A DNA stretch of 59,341 nucleotides from Myxococcota bacterium (GTDB taxonomy: Bacteria; Myxococcota_A; Polyangia; Polyangiales; Sandaracinaceae), in NCBI GenBank assembly GCA_036149055.1, contig JAYZQJ010000240.1, forward strand, positions 1 through 59,341, written 5' to 3'. Position numbers and translations under genes: made by a program. Below the pieces are notes generated by a model. It worked only from the letters and a program-made list of their open reading frames with translations, did not search any database and had not been told where the DNA came from. This document shows, piece by piece, positions 54,428-59,341 of the stretch. Position 1 is the first letter of the stretch. Each line of letters opens with the position of its first letter.

Positions 54428-56374
54428 GTGGTGGCTGGAGAGGTGGAAGAAACCCAGCGCGAGCTCGACGCCTGTCGGGCCCGCTACGAGGCGATGGTCG
54501 AGCACGCGCCCGAGGCGATCGTGACCGTCGACGTGCAGTCGGGCCGCTTCACCGAGGTCAACCGCGCCGCGTGCGCGCTCTTCGGCCACTCGCGAGAGGA
54601 GCTGCTCGAGCGCGGCCCCGCGAGCCTGAGCCCCGAGCGGCAGCCGGACGGCGTGCCGAGCGTCGAGGCGGCCGAGCGGGAGCTGCAGCGCGCGGTGCGG
54701 GGCGAGCGGCCGATGTTCGAGTGGACGCACCTCGACCGCGACGGCGAGCTCATCCCGTGCCGCGTGCACCTCGCGCGCGTCCCGGGAGAGCCCGTGCGGG
54801 TGCGGGGCTCGGTCTGGGATCTGCGCGAGCTCCGCTACGCCGAGGCGGAGCGCAACCGGCTGCTCGCGGTGCATGAAGCGACGCCGGATCTGATCGGGGT
54901 CGCCGACGCGCGCGGCCGCACGCTCTACCTCAACCCGGCGGGGCGCGCGCTCCTCGGCCTCGGGGAGGAGGAGGACGTCCGCGCCTACGACATGGCGTCG
55001 TTCCACTCGCCGGGCGAGGACGAGCAGGTGAACGAGCGCATCCTGCCGGCGGCGATCCGGGAGGGCGTCTGGCGCGGCGAAGGATCGCTGCGGACCCGGA
55101 GCGGCGAGGACGTGCCCGTCCATCAGACGGTCATCGCGCACTACGGCGCGAACGGAGAGGTCGAGCACTTCTCGACCATCATGCGCGACCGCCGCGCCGC
55201 CATCGCGGCCGAGGAGCTGGAGCGTCAGGTCTTCCACGCGCAGAAGCTGGAGAGCCTCGGGCTCATGGCGGGCGCGATCGCGCACGACTTCAACAACATC
55301 CTGGTCGCGATCCTCGCCAACGCGTCGCTGCTGCAGCGCCTCTGCGCCGAGAACGATCGCGTCCTGCGGATCTCGCGGGAGATCGAGGGCGCCGCCGATC
55401 GCGCGGCGGAGCTCGCCAAGGGCATGCTCGACTACTCGGGGCACGCCCAGCGGGAGATGGAGGCGCTCGACCTGCGCCGGCTGTTCGCGGAGCTGAGCAC
55501 CCTCGTCACCGCGTCGATCTCGAAGAAGGTGCGGCTGCGGACCGTGATCCCGCCCGAGCTGCCGTGGGTCTGGGCGGACGCGGTGCAGCTGCGGCAGATC
55601 CTGCTGAACCTGGTGCTGAACGGCGCCGAAGCGATCGGCGACGCGGCGGGGACCGTCTCGATCGAGGCGCGGGTCGAAGAGCAGCCCCGGCGCGTGGTGC
55701 ACGACTATCGCGACGAGCCCCAGGGGCCTTGGCTCCGCATCGACGTGCGCGACGACGGCTGCGGCATGGAGGAGGCGGTGCGCGAGCGGGTGTTCGACCC
55801 GTTCTACTCGACCAAGCGCATGGGCCGGGGCCTCGGCCTCGCCTCGGTGCTGGGCATCGTCAAGGGGCATGGCGGGGCGATCGAGGTCGAGAGCGTGATG
55901 GGGCAAGGGACGTGCTTCTCCGTGTGGCTGCCCTTCGCCGCGGGTGAGGGGGTGCAGCCCTCTTCGCGACCGGCCGCGCACGTGGCGGGCACAGGGCGGC
56001 GCGTGCTGCTGGTGGACGACGAGGCGGCGGTGCGGGCGGTGGCGCGGCGGTGCCTGTCGCACCTGGGCTTCGAGGTCGTGGAGACGGCGGGCGCGATCGA
56101 GGCGCTCGAGCGCTTCGTCGAGGCGCCGGCGGAGTGGGACGCGGTGCTGCTGGACGTCACGATGCCCGACGTGGGCGGCGTGCAGGTGCTCAGCCGCCTG
56201 CTCGAGGTGCGGCCCTCGCTGCCCGTCCTGCTGAGCAGCGGCTACGGGGCCCCCGAGGCGGTGGACGAGCTGGGGGCGAAGGTGGCCTTCCTGCCGAAGC
56301 CCTACACCCTCGAGAGCCTGGAGCGAGCGCTGGGCGAGCTCATTCCCCTTGCCACCGCCGAGGCGCCGCCGTAG
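54428..56374 (+). CDS. PAS-PAS hybrid histidine kinase/response regulator
   Basis: Two PAS domains, QKLESLG.MAGAIAHDFNN, FDPFYSTK..GLGL and a C-terminal receiver. Confidence 0.93.
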   Translation: MVAGEVEETQRELDACRARYEAMVEHAPEAIVTVDVQSGRFTEVNRAACALFGHSREELLERGPASLSPERQPDGVPSVEAAERELQRAVRGERPMFEWTHLDRDGELIPCRVHLARVPGEPVRVRGSVWDLRELRYAEAERNRLLAVHEATPDLIGVADARGRTLYLNPAGRALLGLGEEEDVRAYDMASFHSPGEDEQVNERILPAAIREGVWRGEGSLRTRSGEDVPVHQTVIAHYGANGEVEHFSTIMRDRRAAIAAEELERQVFHAQKLESLGLMAGAIAHDFNNILVAILANASLLQRLCAENDRVLRISREIEGAADRAAELAKGMLDYSGHAQREMEALDLRRLFAELSTLVTASISKKVRLRTVIPPELPWVWADAVQLRQILLNLVLNGAEAIGDAAGTVSIEARVEEQPRRVVHDYRDEPQGPWLRIDVRDDGCGMEEAVRERVFDPFYSTKRMGRGLGLASVLGIVKGHGGAIEVESVMGQGTCFSVWLPFAAGEGVQPSSRPAAHVAGTGRRVLLVDDEAAVRAVARRCLSHLGFEVVETAGAIEALERFVEAPAEWDAVLLDVTMPDVGGVQVLSRLLEVRPSLPVLLSSGYGAPEAVDELGAKVAFLPKPYTLESLERALGELIPLATAEAPP

Positions 56375-56394
56375 AGGCTCGGCCGGAGGGGGCT

Positions 56395-57243
56395 GTGAAG
56401 CGAGACCTCGAAGGACGGGTGTTCCTGATCACGGGCGCCAACACCGGCATCGGCCGGTCGACGGCGCTGGCGCTGGCGGACCGGGGGGCGACGCTCCACC
56501 TGGCGTGCCGCTCGGAGGACCGGGCCCGGCCGGTCATGGACGAGGTGATCGGTCGCGGAGGGAGCGCCCGCTTCCTCGCGCTCGACCTCGCGGACCTCGC
56601 GTCGGTGCGGGCGTGCGCGGAGGCGTTCCTGGCGACGGGCGACCCGCTGCACGTGCTGATCAACAACGCGGGCCTCGCCGGCAAGCCCGGGCTCACGCGA
56701 GACGGCTTCGAGCTCACCTTCGGGGTGAACCACCTCGGGCACTTCCTGCTCACCGAGCTGCTGCTGGACGTGCTGAGCGAGAGCGGCTCCGCGCGCATCG
56801 TGAACGTGGCGAGCCAGGCGCACTACCGCGCCGAGTCGATCGACTGGGAGGCGCTGCAGCGGAAGACGAAGAGCACGACCGGGCTGCCCGAGTACTCGGT
56901 CTCCAAGCTCTGCAACGTGCTCCACGCCAAGGAGCTCGCCCGGCGGCTCTCGGGCACGAGCGTCACGACCTACTCGCTGCACCCGGGCGTGATCGCGTCG
57001 GACGTGTGGCGCAACGTGCCGTGGCCGGTGCGCCCTCTGATGAAGCTGTTCATGAAGTCGAACGACGAGGGCGCCGAGACCAGCCTGCACTGCGCGACGT
57101 CGCAGGCCGCCGGATCGCAGAGCGGCCTCTACTACGACGACTGCGCGCCCAAGAAGCCGAGCGCCCTCGCCGAGGACGCGGCGCTGGCGGCCGAGCTCGC
57201 GGAGCGGAGCCGCGCCTGGTGCGGGCTCTCCGAGCCGAGCTAG
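56395..57243 (+). CDS. SDR oxidoreductase (retinol-dehydrogenase/WWOX-like)
   Basis: TGANTGIG, LINNAG, VNHLGHFLLT, YSVSK and LHPG. GTG start after GGAGG. Confidence 0.92.
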   Translation: MKRDLEGRVFLITGANTGIGRSTALALADRGATLHLACRSEDRARPVMDEVIGRGGSARFLALDLADLASVRACAEAFLATGDPLHVLINNAGLAGKPGLTRDGFELTFGVNHLGHFLLTELLLDVLSESGSARIVNVASQAHYRAESIDWEALQRKTKSTTGLPEYSVSKLCNVLHAKELARRLSGTSVTTYSLHPGVIASDVWRNVPWPVRPLMKLFMKSNDEGAETSLHCATSQAAGSQSGLYYDDCAPKKPSALAEDAALAAELAERSRAWCGLSEPS

Positions 57244-57251
57244 GGTCTGCG

Positions 57252-58991
57252 ATGCTCCGACTTCGACGACTCTGTGCGGTCCTCCTCCTGCTGGGCTTCG
57301 CCGCGTGCGGCGCGACGCAGCGCGGTGGAGGAGAGCGAGGCACGCCCTCGCGGCCGGTCGCGCAGTTCCCCGAGCGCGCGCGGGTCACCCAGGTGGTCGA
57401 GGCCGGCCCGCCGCCCGCGCTGGGCCCGCTGCTGCCTCGCGGCGAGCTGCACGTGGACCGCTGGGAGATGCAGGCGACGCCGGCGCCGGGGGACGCGCCG
57501 TACGAGCCGGAGGGGCCGTTCGAGCCGCTCCTCGACGCGGCGGCGGCGCAGCGGGGGGTGTCGATCACGCGCTCGGCGAGCCTGCGGTGCGTGGCGGAGG
57601 AGATGGCGCGGTTCTATGCGGCGAACGAGGCGTTGCCGACGGAGCGCCTCTCCCGCCATCTGCTCGCGGCGTGCGGCACCAACGCCATCGCGGTGGGCCG
57701 GGCGGGCTCGCGGGGTGAGCTGGACCCGCGCGCGACGCCGGAGATGCTCGTGCGCGAGGCGGGGGACTCGCTGCGAGACGCGCTGGCGCCGGTCCTCATC
57801 GACGGCGCGCAGGTCGGGCTCGGCTTCGCGCGCGAGGGCGCGAACGTCTCGTTGATGGTCGTCGTCGCCGAGCCCTCGATCCGATTCGAGGCGCCCGAGC
57901 CGCCCGACGCGGCCGGAGACGTCGTGGTGCGCGGCCAGCTCCTGGGACGCGCCGACGGGATCCTCGCGCTCGTGAACCAGGGCCCGCACGGGGTGGCGCG
58001 CTGCCGGGTGAGCCCGACGGTGGGCTTGCCCTCGTTCGAGCTCCGCTGCCCGCTCGCCGAGGGCGACGACACCGCCATCGCGCACGTCGCGACCTTCAGC
58101 CTCGGCCGCGTGCTCACCCGGCACGTGGGCACGGTGCTCCTTCGACGGAGCGCGGAGACGCCGGCGCCGCCCTACGCCCCCCAGCCGGTCGGCGAGCCGG
58201 CCCCGATCACCTCCCCGGAGGCCGCGCCCGCGACCTTCGTCGAGCGGTTGAACGCGGTGCGCGCCGCCGCGGGCCTCGCCCCGGTCGAGCTCGCGCCCGC
58301 GCAGACCCGCGTCGAGCAGACCGTGGCCCCCCACCTCCTCGGCGCGCTCCTCCAGGACCAGCAAGACGCGCAGGACACCCTCGCGCTCGGCCTCATGGCG
58401 GGCTGGGAGGTCGAAGGCGGCACCATCCGCTGGGCGGACATCGTCGGACACACCGTCGTCGGCAACCGCGACGTCGCCTGGTGGCTGAGCGACGCCCTCG
58501 AGCAGCCCGGATCGCGCTACGTCCTCCTCCGCGACGACATCCGACAGGTCGCGATCGGCGCCACGCCGGTCGCCGATCCCGAGGCCCTCGGCCTCGTCGT
58601 GTCCACCTACGCCTTCTTCGAAGACGCCGACTTCGAGGCGGCGGCGACCCGGTTCTTCGACCGCGTGACCGAGGCGCGCACCGCGGCTGGCCTCCCGCCT
58701 CCGCGCCGACTCGGCGGCCTGGAGCGCGTCTGGCACGAGGCGCGAACCGTGAGCGCAGGCCGCTCGCACGCGAACGCCGCCTTCCAGCGCGCCCTGAACG
58801 CAGAGAGCCAAGCGCAGGGCCGGAGCCTGCAGGGCGTGATGCTCGAGACCGTGGACCTCGACCTGGGAGACCTCCCGGAGGTCGTCATGGCGCGCCGTGA
58901 GCTCTCCCTCGGCGTCGCGGTCGGCTTCACGCGAGCCCCCGGCGCGGCCTGGGGTCAGTACGTCGTGTTCCTCGTGTTCCCCGCGAGCTGA
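57252..58991 (+). CDS. Hypothetical lipoprotein with degenerate CAP/SCP-like domains
   Basis: FAAC lipobox, LNAVRAAAGLAP, VTEARTAAGLPP and GVAVG..YVVFLVF. Confidence 0.65.
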   Translation: MLRLRRLCAVLLLLGFAACGATQRGGGERGTPSRPVAQFPERARVTQVVEAGPPPALGPLLPRGELHVDRWEMQATPAPGDAPYEPEGPFEPLLDAAAAQRGVSITRSASLRCVAEEMARFYAANEALPTERLSRHLLAACGTNAIAVGRAGSRGELDPRATPEMLVREAGDSLRDALAPVLIDGAQVGLGFAREGANVSLMVVVAEPSIRFEAPEPPDAAGDVVVRGQLLGRADGILALVNQGPHGVARCRVSPTVGLPSFELRCPLAEGDDTAIAHVATFSLGRVLTRHVGTVLLRRSAETPAPPYAPQPVGEPAPITSPEAAPATFVERLNAVRAAAGLAPVELAPAQTRVEQTVAPHLLGALLQDQQDAQDTLALGLMAGWEVEGGTIRWADIVGHTVVGNRDVAWWLSDALEQPGSRYVLLRDDIRQVAIGATPVADPEALGLVVSTYAFFEDADFEAAATRFFDRVTEARTAAGLPPPRRLGGLERVWHEARTVSAGRSHANAAFQRALNAESQAQGRSLQGVMLETVDLDLGDLPEVVMARRELSLGVAVGFTRAPGAAWGQYVVFLVFPAS

Positions 58992-59008
58992 GCGCTCCGC
59001 TGCTGCCC

Positions 59009-59072
59009 AACCCAGGTTCGCCCCTGCCCTAACCCAGGTTGAGGGCCTCTGGCCGCCAACCCAACCCAGGTT
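59009..59072. repeat. Three copies of AACCCAGGTT
   Basis: Exact 10-mer at 59009, 59031 and 59063 in intergenic DNA. Confidence 0.75.
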
Positions 59073-59341
59073 GGTCCCGGATCAACGCCTCCCAGCGTCC
59101 GCGTCGCGCCGCTACGCGACCCTCTGCGCCCTTCGTGCGGTCCCGAGAGCCGACCGATGGCCCCGATCCCCACGCCACTCGCCGCTCAGAGCAGATTCAT
59201 ACACCTCACGACCGAAGACGGACGCAAGAACGCGCGGCCCGGGCCGTCACCGAGCCGCGCGTGGCCTTCGACGGCCTCTGAGCCGAGCTACGAGGGCGCC
59301 TTCGGCTTCCGCCGGCGCGTGCGGTGCGTGACCTGGCGCGG

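Noticed and set aside
59288..59341. 3' end of a minus-strand gene running off the window
   Set aside because: Too short to support or identify.

Overview
A very GC-rich, gene-dense bacterial window. Gene content suggests Myxococcota (Polyangiales/Sandaracinus-like); this is an inference. From left to right it holds: a non-coding ~97-bp/194-bp tandem repeat; SirB1-like, EAL and membrane pseudokinase genes; and an orphan T6SS spike operon with three tandem vgrG paralogues followed by DUF2169-pentapeptide, pentapeptide, DUF3540 and DUF4150 (PAAR-like) genes, with no visible toxin or immunity gene. Next is a glycan-tailoring cluster: NAD epimerase, YfhO-like GT-C, a deacetylase-GT2-degenerate radical-SAM triple fusion, a second GT2 and two radical-SAM/SPASM enzymes. 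It is followed by large Cys/Asp-rich surface lipoproteins, including an integrin-beta-like vWA protein and an integrin-alpha-like FG-GAP protein. A sigma54 two-component module lies next to pal-tolB-like, WS/DGAT, USP and ppsA genes. The window ends with a carbamoyltransferase/SxtJ/DUF5989/SGNH/GT-C cluster and housekeeping or signalling genes. No rRNA, tRNA, CRISPR array or transposase was recognised. Domain calls are from motif recognition by eye, not database searches. Many start codons were re-called downstream of the ORF-track starts.
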